A stretch of DNA of 63,588 nt, the filler included, from Aduncisulcus paluster (Eukaryota): assembly GCA_024181965.1 (NCBI GenBank). It is 18 parts of 18 records of this genome, joined end to end, with 100 filler letters (N's around TTAATTAATTAA, not from the genome) between each part and the next. Parts side by side here need not be neighbours in the genome. Positions count along the whole stretch, not along the records: positions 21,718 to 28,953 come from BQXS01011988.1; positions 29,054 to 35,770 come from BQXS01011989.1; positions 35,871 to 44,508 come from BQXS01011990.1; 15 more parts are not named here. The stretch is one strand, 5' to 3'. The translations under genes and the position numbers were made by a program. Of this stretch, positions 25,454-37,219 are shown one piece after another (within the stretch, counting starts at the first letter, position 1; every line of letters begins with the position of its first letter). The notes beneath the pieces were generated by a model that was not told the DNA's origin, searched no databases, and worked only from the letters and a program-made list of their open reading frames with translations.

Positions 25454-25594
25454 GGTAATTGGCCTTCTTTTTTTTTCTTTTAGTCATCGATTTGTCTATT
25501 TTTTCGTTTTCTTTGTAAGAAGCTAAATAAGCAGAAAATACTGCCTTAAAATAGACAGGGTTGTCTATTTCAAACAATCCGGTGGACCTTTCCT
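25454..25594 (-). mobile_element. Second remnant of the Fanzor/TnpB-like family
   Basis: IDNPVYFKAVFSAYLASYKENEKIDKSMTKRKKKKANYL versus IDNPIFFRPLFSLYLDTYTDFEKIDKSMTKRKRRKANYL at about 49660-49775. Confidence 0.65.
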
Positions 25595-27285
25595 TCGACG
25601 GTAATCCACACACAACCTCCACTTATTCCCTTTCTTTGGGGCTATGACAATGGGAGAAAAAGCAGGAGCTTTCGCCTCTTCAATCACCCTTTCTTCCAAC
25701 AATTTGTCTGTTTCCTCTTTCACAAATTGTAAGTGTTTTGGAGATATTCTTCTTCTTTCTGCTGTCAGAAAACGCTTACCTTTCTCCAGCAAAATCTCAT
25801 ACTCCTCCACTGTCTTGGGAGTTTTGGATTTATCTTGCATAACATCCAAATAATGGTCTAAGATAATTTGAACTGGTTCTCTAAGTTCAGGGACCTGGTC
25901 ACCTGTCCTAAAACCCTCTTGTTCATCACTACCTTCGTCCACTTCACTCATTGATTCAATACAACGCTTCATGTCGAGTAAGTCCAGTAATCCTTTTTCA
26001 AGAATTGTACTTAAGCCCAATATAATCTCATCTTGACCTGTATCCCACACAATTAATCTTTCCCAAAAGAATATAGGTCTACCTAATGTTCTATTTGTGA
26101 GTTTGATTAGCAAAACGACCTGGCTGTTTGATACTCTTTCCGAACCATCCGCTAGTCGAATAGTTCTCGTTATTTCTTCAAGTTTTGGTTTGTCACTGAG
26201 ACAATCAACTATCTTCTGGGGGATAAAAGACATCGAAGCCCCTGTGTCCAATATACCTTTACATTTAATCCCTCCTTTCTGTGTTTCATTTGAGAATATC
26301 TCTAAAGGTACAGAAATGATTCCTTGAACAGTAGTGGTTGCGCTTCCAGCTAGAAGAATTCGAGATAAGTATTCACCTTTTGATTTTACTGCATCTCCTT
26401 TGCAGTCATAAGAGTAGTGACCATAACCTTGACATTTATAACACTTCGTATCCTTAGTGGCTGGACGATGTCTGCGTTTAGTCGAACGATCGGGGGTTTC
26501 CTTACGATAACGGCGTTTTTCCCCAGGGTGATAATCCTTTGGCTCTTTCTTAGTAGATTTAGCATCATCGTATCCCTTGGCGTCGTCCTGGGCATCCTCC
26601 ACCAGGCTGACCTGTTCCATAATCGTCTTCGTTAGAATTTTCATAGACATCTCTTGTGAATCGAGAGCAACTTCCATTCTTTTCCTGAAGCGTGGAACTT
26701 TAATACCCCTTAGGAAATATCTTCCAATGAGTTCGTCGCTGGGTCGTTCTTCCGGAGAAACACCTTCCAAGACTTCGCGATAGCGGACAACATACTGAGA
26801 TGCTTGCTTGAGAGTAACAGCATAAAGTTTAATCTTTTCAAACTCATAAATGGCATCAGCCCAGTGGCAGCTCCAAAATGAGACGCCATCTTTTGCAAGA
26901 ACGCTGATTCGTGCTCCTTCATAGGATCTGGCTCCAGAGGTGATTCAGCGGGGTCCTTAAGCTCAGCATCCGTAACATCAGTATAGATTTGTAAGACTTC
27001 ATGGAATCAGTCCATATAGTGTAGCTGTTCCACCCAAGGCACGGTATTGCCGAAATTTCTTCACGAAGGTTCTAAAAACGACTTTACCATAACCATAAAG
27101 GATGGGAGCCGCTTTAATTGGCTGTAATGATGAATTACCATAAGAAAATAATTATTTTGTGCTATGACTAGCTCAAATTTACTAAAAATAAATATAACGA
27201 TAGTGTTCTAAAAATAGATACGAGAATCTTCGACCATAACACTCGCTACCGATCTAGAATCGAACTTCAACTCCTTTGTTTGACA
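25595..27285 (-). mobile_element. Decayed Ty3/Gypsy LTR retrotransposon: 5' LTR, frameshifted gag, CCHC knuckle, protease, start of RT
   Basis: CYKCQGYGHYSYDC, ILDTGAS, SPIVIAPKKGNKWRLCVDYR then truncated. Gag N-terminus (APILYGYG..F..F...FRQYRALGG) near 27010-27130 is homologous to 55972 and has frameshifts. Confidence 0.9.
27158..27285 (-). repeat. Candidate 5' LTR (~128 bp, TG...CA)
   Basis: Minus strand TGTCAAAC...TAGCACA; shares blocks CAAATTTA.TA.AAAATAAA and CTAAAAATAGATA..GAGAAT with 55994-56132. No second LTR copy is visible. Confidence 0.6.
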
Positions 27286-27352
27286 TAGGAGGCACTTAAT
27301 CTGCTTATTATTAATATCTGACTTAAGAAAATCTTGAACATCACAGCCATAT

Positions 27353-27830
27353 TTGTCATCAATAGCGCCTAAATTTATTACAGGGTGCGTATGTTTAGAA
27401 AGACCATTTAAATGTAAATCACTGCTACTGGAGCCTGTCAAAGCATTTACTATGAGTAGTACTCAGGAAGGTGTCGAGATTGATCGGCTTTATTGGACGA
27501 AAAAAATGCTTGAAGGTAAAACATACGTTTCTTTTACTAATATTAATGACCGAGTTCCTAGAAGGCATAAATATATGTGTTAATGAAATTTTTGGGCCTC
27601 GAGCTTTGATTATAACATTGACAGATAAAGATGGGGAGAAAACATACAATAGGTACGAATTCACAAGTCCAGACTACCTATGAATGATATTACCTCCCGA
27701 TTTATTTGAATAACGTTGTATCCTTCGAAATCGAAGGAAAAGATGGAATGTGGGTCAAACCCGAAGCTTCTCACTGCGCCATTGAAGCGATATACATCCG
27801 TAATATGCAGGTAGAATTCAAATGTTTGGT
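27353..27830 (+). pseudogene. Frameshifted copy of the ~180-aa domain family seen at 1174-4258
   Basis: KKMLEGK.YVSF / LEGINICV...GP..LIITLTDKDGEKTYNRYEFTSP / YYLPIYLNNVVSFEIEGK, split by stops and frameshifts. Confidence 0.7.
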
Positions 27831-27943
27831 TGTTCGGTGATTTCTTGGGATGGCAAAAACACCAAGCGACTTTCGTATTCTTGTACTAAGAATACAATGC
27901 TGATAAAACAGCCAAAAATCCATAGACCAGCTCCTTCTTGTAA

Positions 27944-28953
27944 TCAAATCTTTATCCCATCTCTCGTCTTGTGTCTGGGACAATACAGCATAATGCGTTC
28001 CTCTGATGTATCAACCCCGCCCAGTCTCACGGATGTTATCGATTCGGTTCTCGACAGAGTTTCGAAGGTGGCTGCTATCCAGGCTGCCATCTCCAGATTG
28101 CCTCTTCTGGCTTCATATTCCACCAATCTCCTCGTTTCCTGCACTGTCAACGCTTCATGATTGTATCTTGTCTTTCCTGGTATGAATATGGAGCCGGAAC
28201 TAATAATCTCCAATAGTCTCACTCTTATCCTTCCTGGTCTCGCTCCTGTGAGGATGTCTATTTGTCTCGCTAGCTTCTCCCATATCGTGGCATTCGTGTT
28301 TCCACTCTTTTTCCACTTAATTATTTCGTCAGTAAGGAATTCCCTCCATGTGCTTTCACTTCTAATCAGACTTAGGTTCCTCCGATATCTTGTGAAGGTA
28401 TTCACTGATGACCTGTGTCTACCCACGTCGTTGGCCGCGTGGGAATCCAGCCGACTTTGAAGTGTACCTTCCTCTTGTGTTGCTGATACCACCTCGTCAA
28501 GTAACCCGGGATTTCCATCGGGGATATCCTTAATGAGTACGAACAATTCATTTCTATCCAATTCTTCAGTCTCTCCGTGAGTGGTGATGCTACGATCGCG
28601 ATCCCATCTGAGCAGCTGAGTGGGTGTTCTCTCCCTACCACACCTCCAGTCCATTTTTCCAGTCGCATGATCAGCTCGTTCTGAAGTTTTGGGTGTGAAT
28701 GAAAGATCCTTCTCCCGTCGTTTTCTCTGATTTGTGCAATCCTGAGCCGTCCATCCTCTGGCCCTAGATCTATCCTCATCGGGCCCCATTCCGATATTGT
28801 GTGCTGTTCTACGCTTGCCACATTTGACTGTATACTCCTTGATTCCGCATCCGCCTCCACGTTCAGGAAGCCAGCTATCCACATGGGTATGATATGGACG
28901 CCTTGTTTCATTGCCTCTGTCCATACCATGACTGCTCTCCTTTGTAGACATGC
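27944..28953 (-). mobile_element. DIRS-like tyrosine-recombinase retrotransposon fragment (RNase H end overlapping the YR ORF)
   Basis: Frame 28402-28929: WIAGFLNVEADAESR (DIRS RNase H end) followed by WGPMRIDL. Frame 27944-28951: ALTVQETRRL..AATFETLSRTESI...RHKT (YR catalytic Arg and Lys); stops before HxxR and Tyr. Confidence 0.8.
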
Positions 28954-29053
28954 NNNNNNNNNNNNNNNNNNNNNNNNNNNNNNNNNNNNNNNNNNNNTTA
29001 ATTAATTAANNNNNNNNNNNNNNNNNNNNNNNNNNNNNNNNNNNNNNNNNNNN

Positions 29054-32000
29054 ATACGATAAGTTGTTCAAGAAAGCCTTAACTTGGTCAATATTCTCAA
29101 AAGTACCGCTAGTAACAGTGTCTTGTCCAACTGTGGAATTACCTTGAATGAGTTTGATTGTTCCAAGATTTTCATTTTGAGCAGTGGGGAAAGGAATCTC
29201 AAGGTCCATCTCGTCATACGATCCCCACAAATCACTGTTAACAGTCAGAGTACCCTTATCTCCCATGTTCATGGTCATCATGTCAATTGAGAAACTACTT
29301 TCAGCTCTATAAGTAGGGTCAAGGTAACTATCAAGAGATTCTTCGTCCATTTCAGAGAATTTCTCAATGGCATCTTCATAAGAAATACCTCCAACGTACC
29401 CGTAAACAATAATATTCACCTCAGCAGTAAGACCATAATTGACAAACAGATCTTCCAGAGGGAAAGTAAGTCCTAAACCCCAAGGAACTGCGAGGATATT
29501 ATATTCTACATCATTATAGGGTTGCACAGTAACAATAATCTCATCATCATCGAAAGTAGAAACAATAGTTGTAACGGGAGCCTCTAAACTCTCCTTAAAC
29601 TTGGAGGGAATGTTGTTGTACATGTCCAATTGACGGAGTTTCATATAACAAAAATCAAAGGCCATCTTTTGGATATTTCCTCCAACACCTGGAAGCCAAA
29701 GAGGGGTGAAACTAGAATCGGTCAAAACAATTTCAAAAGTGGAAAACTCACCAGAATCGATAATAAATTCTTCAGAGATAGTGAATTCATCAAACACCTC
29801 AGAAGGCTGGCATGATTCAGGATTAATTAGACAGAAAGGATTAGCTCTGACTGTCACTTCAAATCGATATGATCCGGCACGCTTTGGATTGAACTTCTTC
29901 ACATATCCTCCTTCTTCATGTGTGACGGTATCAGAAACAAGATCAGAAGAACAGTAGGAGGAAGGAACATCTCCAGAATATCCACCAAGAGCCTTTGAAG
30001 CACATTTGAACAAGTTCACAGATACATCCAACACAGGGCTTGTTCCAACAGAGCTAGAATCATTCTCATAATCATCATAAACGGAAACTCCAATTTGGAA
30101 TTGTTCATCTACGGTAAAAGTAGAATTAGAAGGCAGAGATTTCATATAAATCACAGTGTTAGTCAATGATGGGGAAGTAGGATAAATCGTAAAGGGAACC
30201 AAAGTGTTTGAATTCCATTCACACGTAGTGTATTTCTCGGTAGAACCAATCTGGGTGATTTTGGTAAGCGTGGCCTGAATTGACCCACTTCCACTTACGG
30301 TACAATTCACACTTGGAATCAACTCGGAGGAAGACGAGTAATTCGAATCCATTGGACACTTATAATCAATATCACAAACATCCAGAGTTTCAATCTCAAT
30401 AATATTATCGAAAGAGTCACGAACATCCAAGGTAGGAGAGAATGAAATACCAGCAGCTTGACTTACTCCCAAGGTTAGAGAAGATAAAGAACAACTCAAG
30501 TCTCCAGGAATAATCTCAAACTCACTTGTCGAAACAATTTCTGAAGCATAAGACAAATCAATAATGTAAGTTCCAACAACAGTAAGAGAGGCGTTGAAAG
30601 TGAATAAAGTTTCATCAAGGGAAACAAATGTCAACACGAGATCTTCACTCTCTTCGATGGTTTGTTCAGATGTCCTGATGGACCCAATAACGTTGGAAAT
30701 GAAAGCAGAAGGAATTTGGGTTGGGTGCAAGTCAATGTCACCCACATCTCTGAGTTGCATGGTGAAAGTAACATTGTCTTCATAGGCAACAATAATCGGG
30801 GCAATTTCAAGATCAGTGAAAGTGTAATCAAACTCCTCAGCAACAGGGATTGAGTCAGAAGTGTAAGAACACGTCCCTTCATCAGTTTCAGGTGTGGACA
30901 CAGTCAAAACAAAGACCAAATCACCACGATTCTCACAAGTAAAATTGGGAACAGATCCAGTAGATCCCACAGGAATTTCAGTTTCTCCTGGGCATTGATA
31001 AGCAACACTAAACAAGAGGGAAGCGCTAGCTTCACCAGAGATCAAGTTGTTGTATGTGTCCTTCAGAATAATGGTTGGAGTGTACTCAATGTTCCTCATG
31101 ATATAGTCAGGGAATATCACATACGAATTTTCACAGTTAACCGGATCAGGTTTCACAGTGAAATCAACACTTCCAGTTGTATCAAAGAAATCAGAGGCCG
31201 TTACAGTGTATTCATCACTCACAGAAGAAGTGTAGAATGTATATGTGATCTTACTCGGGAGAGAATCAACAGTCTCAATAAATTCAATAGAAGAGAATCC
31301 ATATGTTTCATTTCCAACAGTAAACGCCAAGGAATCGGCATATCCATCCAAAACATCGGTCACAGCATTGCCATCGCTATCTCTGGGTTGAAGAGTCAAC
31401 GATACAATCTTAGTTGGATACTGAGCAGAAGGAGATACACTCAAAATGGATTGAGATAGGTCAACAGAGTGAGTGGAGATCAAGGAAACAGAGACATAAT
31501 CCATGTCATAGGTTAAACCAATGGTGTATTTCCCTTTCAAGGAGGGAGCAAAACCAGACATCAAAATGCGAGGAGAAGACGTTTCGAGCTCATCGGATTC
31601 GAGAGAAACCAAATAGTCGGCAGGGGCTTGAGAAGAATCATCAAGAGAATATTCAAATGATTCAACAATCCTCTCAATAAATCTGGAAGGAAACTCTGTC
31701 AAATACTCACCCTCACTAGACTTGGGCTCGAAAACCATTTCCACAGCTCCAGATACAAGAGAAATCTCAGGAGATATAGTCAAGACACTTTGAGAGAAAT
31801 CAATAGTTTTTATAATCGTCAATTCAGTTGAATCAGAACGCTTTTTACCGCCATATTCAGCAAAGACGTCAATCTGGAAAGTGGTCCCATCCGTTGTGCT
31901 TGGAGCGAGGAAGCGGTACTTGTAAATATGGTTTGTGGTGTCATCGAGCATCATCTCCACATCCAAGAAAGTGGTCTCGGTGTCATTAATAGAATAATAG

Positions 32001-35000
32001 AAAAGTAGAGGGAAATCTCCGATGATACTCTCTCCATCCTCTTCAGTAGCCTGGCTAATATCAGTAGGTAACATCGAGGGAATGGACAAGTTCCCATCGG
32101 AATCCTCAGTCCTTGGTGTGAAAACTACGTTTATCCAGTGATCTTCAAACACAACAGTATCGGAAATTTCAAGGAAGATATCAAAGTCAGCAGTTGTGGA
32201 GGATGGGATAACAGTGATGCAATCATCGAGGGATGATTCCTTGTATTCTACAATAATATTGAACAATTTCTGCTCGGAGGAAGTATTTGAAGGAGCAACA
32301 CTAGTAAACACAATATTCTCGGGAAGGTTATTCTGTGTGAGAACAACATCTCCAGATGGAATCTCATTCCGATCTCCAATTTCATTTCCATCCTCATCAA
32401 CTTCCACTTCAATAAACACCATTCCAACGTGGAAATCGGATGCAACAGCTTGGAGAGCATTGCCTTCAGCATCAAGAGGAGTGAAGACCATGGTGGTTGG
32501 GTAGTTAGCAATGACGGTGGTGGGAGAAACTACGAATAGGGAATCGTCAAAGGAAACTGGAGGGACGACCGATATTGTATCACTTAGAGTATCACCATCA
32601 TAAGACATAATTATCACATAGTCTCCAGACACCTCAGGAGCCGCAAAGGAATACACAAAGGTCGGGATAGTGTTGTTGATATCGGCTTCCAAGTCGGGAG
32701 CAGTCAGAGGAGATTCAATTCCATTGTATTTGATGCTGAAAGAAATACCATCTTCGAAATCGGAGGAAATTTTAGTCAAGTAACCACCAGAACTATTCTT
32801 CATATTCAAGGTAAGTTCAATGGCAGATCCAGCAAATACATAACGAGGAGACGCCTCAAATACCCCTTCTTGACCGAAATCTATCGCAGGAACCACAGTA
32901 ACAGAATCAGAGAATACGAAATCCTTATATTCAACCCTGTATTCATAGCTACCAGTCGTCGTGGGAGCAGTGACAGTGAACTGGAAGGTGCTGACAGGAT
33001 CGTGGATCTTAGAGGCGATGAGAGCATCAATGACATTACCATTGGCATCCTCCCGAAGCAACTGAAGCTGGCAAGAAGAAGAGTCAGAGCAAATCTTGAA
33101 ATCAGAAGGAAGTTCCGTCAATTCATTTCCTTCCCCATCTTTCATCACAAGAGTAATCAAAACATCTCTTCCAGCGAATACAGTCGAAGGAGTAGCTTCA
33201 AATGTACTCGAGGAAGAATCAATGGGTTCAATCACACGCACATCAGCTGAGGACTGGGTATTGACGGAGGAATATATAGCGACAAGGGAGTTATCACCAA
33301 GACTAACTGAAGTTGGAACTGTGACATCGCAACTAATACTTCCAAGGGTGTTCTCAGTGAGATTATCATCGCATGAAGGGGAGATGGAAATGGTTTCATC
33401 GCCAACAATCACAAATCCAAGATTATCAGAGAAATACTCGGGGAAATACTCATAAATCTCATCTTCAAATCTCGGAGCAAACACAAACGAAAGTAGAGCA
33501 TTTCTGAACACGACAGAAGGAGATAAAGTAATGAAATCTGAGACAAACTCAACCTCAGGTACAATACGAACATCGATGCTGGTTGAATTGGTCAAGTATG
33601 TTATCGTAATAGTATGAACAAGGCTCAAGACATCCGTGGAGGGATTAGTTGAGTCCCATTCAATATTATTATTGGCATCGATTGAACGGTCTCCGGCCAA
33701 CCACTCAGAATTAGCCGATTGGATTGTCAATAGGGAGTAAAAGTCGGATGAAGGCTCAAATATCACCCCATTAGCACATTTTGGAGTGAAGTAAGTGGCA
33801 TTAGACTCACTCTCAAAGGCGATAACATGATCGACTGAAATATTTGAGCTGCTAAAGTCAGGTTTAACAACAACTCTAATACCTGTATTAACACTGATGC
33901 CATCATACATGGCAATAAGATACAAGTCAGAATGGACTTCAACTTCAGGAGAATTCATAGAAAACCTCAATTCTTTTTCAGATTCCCAATCAGATTGTGT
34001 CACGGTAAAATCAATGAATTCAGAAGGAGTCAAAGAACTATCAGAAACAAACCCGAATGAAAGTTCACTTGTAAAGTGTTCTGGTAATTCGTCAACAACA
34101 TTTCCAGTGAAATCATTAAGAACAAAGGAAACATCCAAGGGATGCTCACTGAAAACTGTGGCGGGAGTGGCATTCAAAACACTTTGAGAGAAATCGGCAG
34201 CGGACAAGATTTCTAGATCGACACACTTCTCATCATCTTCATACACAATACAAAGGGAGTGAACTCCACTCATATTAGGAGCAACAGATGAATATTGGAG
34301 ATTAGACACGTCAGAGCTCACGGTAGAATAGGCAAGGGGAGTACATACATCGTTGATACAAGTCTTGAGACTCTTGCCATTGGTAAACTCTGCAGGGAGT
34401 TCAGAAAATCCATTTCCATCTTCATCTTTGGGAACAAAAGTCACAACCATCGAAAATTCAGCAAAGACAGGGTTAGGAAATACGCTCAAAGCGGAGAGAT
34501 CAAAATCAATCAAATTTACGACAGAAACATCAGCTTGGACCTCAAATCTATCATAATATTTCAGTCTAAACTTGTAAGATCCAGCAATTGTTCTGCCATC
34601 GATAGATCCGATCAGCTCAAGCCCAGCGTCGGAAGAGACACTTGGGTTCAACATTTCGATAACAACCTCATCAGCAGAGGCATCGTCGGTCTTGGTCACT
34701 GACAAAACGAGAGAATCAAAGAAATCAGTGGGAACTATTGGGATGGAGGCTCCACTGCCAGTTTTTGGGACAAACACGAATGAGAATTTCTCATTAACAA
34801 AGGAAGGAACAGGTTTCACAGTGAATGTTGAGTAAGAATTGGAAGGCAAATCGACAGTTGTGTACTCCACAGACACGCTCATATCCTTGTAAGAAGCCTT
34901 GATAGTGAAGTCATTGGCATATGAAGGAGCAGAGAAAGCGTCAAAGATAATGGAGGAAGGGAGAACAGAATCATCGGAGAGTGATACAGAAATGACAGAC

Positions 35001-35770
35001 CAATCGTCTTCGCCCGTTTCAGCTTGAGAAATGACCAAACTATCAAAGAAATCAGAGGGAAGATCGGTGATGGCATCTCCAGAATCATCAACAAGAGTCA
35101 ATGAAAGATTGACATCCATTCCAGATCCAATCAAATCGGGTGAGACAGACAAGGTTCCTTCTGCCGACATATCTACACGCTTAATAATTTTAACAGAGTC
35201 GGATAGATTTGTCGTTGATTCGTCATAGAACACGCTGACAACTCCATCAACAGTCGCAGAAGAGGTTAAGGTTGCAGAATAGGAGTAAGTATGATCTGTG
35301 CTGGATAGAAGAGTGAGATCGGTCATAGTTCCCTGTGATAATTCAAGAGAGATTGAAGGGAAGAAAAACAAAGGTAAACTATCAGACGAATCATAGAATC
35401 CACCATCATGTTTAGGAACAAAGATAATGAAAACTTCATGGCCAGAAAAGAGTGAATCTGGAGAAACTACAAGAGTAGATTCAGTATAATCGACAACGGG
35501 CAAGACTGTAAGTTCCCCAGAGAATACGGTATCCTCATATTCAAGCTCGATAGTGTATGTACCTGCACTTGAGGGAGCGGTAAATTCAAATACGAGCTCC
35601 GGAGCGGACCAGGGGTCTGGAGAAACGAAATCGGACAAAACACAGCCTTCTCCACAATTGTGTGAGAACTTAGAAGAGAAATCTGTGGGGAGACTTGAAA
35701 GGTCAACTCCACTAGAATCTTTGAGGTGCAATGTCACGGTCAATTCAGTCGTACCCTCAAAAACAATGTC
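29054..35770 (-). CDS. Giant acidic protein of tandem ~105-115-aa Ig/filamin-like repeats, both ends missing
   Basis: More than 2200 aa uninterrupted; recurring D(F).S.S.L.VSP..VF.G..V...F.PKD..GN...F..AP...G.Y...Y beta-strand pattern. Confidence 0.85.
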
Positions 35771-35988
35771 NNNNNNNNNNNNNNNNNNNNNNNNNNNNNN
35801 NNNNNNNNNNNNNNTTAATTAATTAANNNNNNNNNNNNNNNNNNNNNNNNNNNNNNNNNNNNNNNNNNNNGGTGATATTTTGATGGAGTGTACGTATTTG
35901 TCTTAAGTCCTAGTATTATCTAAAATTTTGCTAAATCGATATCATAAGCTTTATTAACATCACTTTGTTATTTATTCTTTAATTTTTT

Positions 35989-36588
35989 GTGCTAAATTTT
36001 GAAGGTGAAGATGGATCTCAGTCAAATGAAGATTGGGTGCTGGTTGAGCGCTTAGATAATCCTCGCGAGTCAGGATATGTTCCTCGTTCATATGTAACAC
36101 CTATTTCTGAAGATGAAGCTACCGGAGTTAAACGGGATATAGCGGGTTCGACCATGCATGACACTTTGCACCCTTCAGCTCTTGGAACTTCAACAATACG
36201 CCCAACATCATCAGAATTTCATGGAAAGGAAGGGCAGAGTCCAGGGGATGACTCACCCCTTGGAACAGCTGCCTTTGATTCGACCGCTGCTCCTGAAGTG
36301 GGAGAACCCCTTGACACGACAAGCCTCCCCTCATCGTTTGCCGATATGTTCCACCGTCATGATGCATACTTTAGACAAGTTGTTAAACAAAGAGAAGAAA
36401 GTTTTAGAAGATTGGAGACCTCCCTAAATGCTGCTGCCCAAGAAATATCTGTATGCCAAGAGAAAAACACAAAATTGACTCAAAGAATAGTTGAATTAGA
36501 CAACCTTATTGATGAAGAAAGAAGGAAATGGAGGGAAAGATTGGATGCTGAAAAGAAAAGTCTGTTCAGTGGAATTGGAACAAAATAA
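35989..36588 (+). CDS. SH3-domain protein with C-terminal coiled coil, 5' partial
   Basis: EDWVLVER.....SGYVPRSYV is the C-terminal half of an SH3 domain; coiled-coil tail. Confidence 0.8.
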   Translation: MLNFEGEDGSQSNEDWVLVERLDNPRESGYVPRSYVTPISEDEATGVKRDIAGSTMHDTLHPSALGTSTIRPTSSEFHGKEGQSPGDDSPLGTAAFDSTAAPEVGEPLDTTSLPSSFADMFHRHDAYFRQVVKQREESFRRLETSLNAAAQEISVCQEKNTKLTQRIVELDNLIDEERRKWRERLDAEKKSLFSGIGTK

Positions 36589-36758
36589 GATTTTCTGTAA
36601 TTTAAATAAATAAAAAATAGTATATTAAATCCATTCATCCTTTCGATTGTAATATATTCTTTCTTTTTAACAGCTACTAGCCGTCTAAGACCACGGGAAA
36701 AATCGAAGATTGTTTTTTTGGCAGTCAGGATCAATAAGTTCTTTATTAAAGAATTTAA

Positions 36759-37153
36759 TCACGACATTTTAAATTTTAAATATCCACGGAAATGTTTGAT
36801 GGCCATTTCTTCATAGTCTAACTCTGCTCTCGCCCTCTCTTTCCGAAGCCTCTTCTCTCGCCCGGCATCTCTAATGTCTCGAATATCATCCTTGAGGAAA
36901 TCTTTGGCATCTTCTTTCAATTGTTCAAGCTCTTCTTGCTCTTTGGCCTCTTCGGCCAATTCGGCCTCAATATACCAATGATTGTCGCAACGAGGGCAAA
37001 ACCCATCTGAATCGGGATCGAAATCCTCGGTATCTATACGGAAAACCTTCTTGCACTTCTTGCAAGCCAGAACAAGCTCTGGTCTCTGGGGAATGGGATG
37101 ATCAGAAACTTCTCTGTGGCATTCACCACAGTCAAACCATTGCTTACAACAGG
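36759..37153 (-). CDS. CHY-type zinc-finger protein (first exon not located)
   Basis: The frame upstream of the tracked ORF reads CCKQWFDCGECHREVSDH...LACKKCKKVFR...GFCPRCDNHW; preceded by a T-rich tract and GCAG. Confidence 0.8.
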
Positions 37154-37219
37154 CTGCACAAAAAATACGTACAGAAAAATAAAAAAAAATTAATTGTATT
37201 AAGTCTATATTAACTGGAC

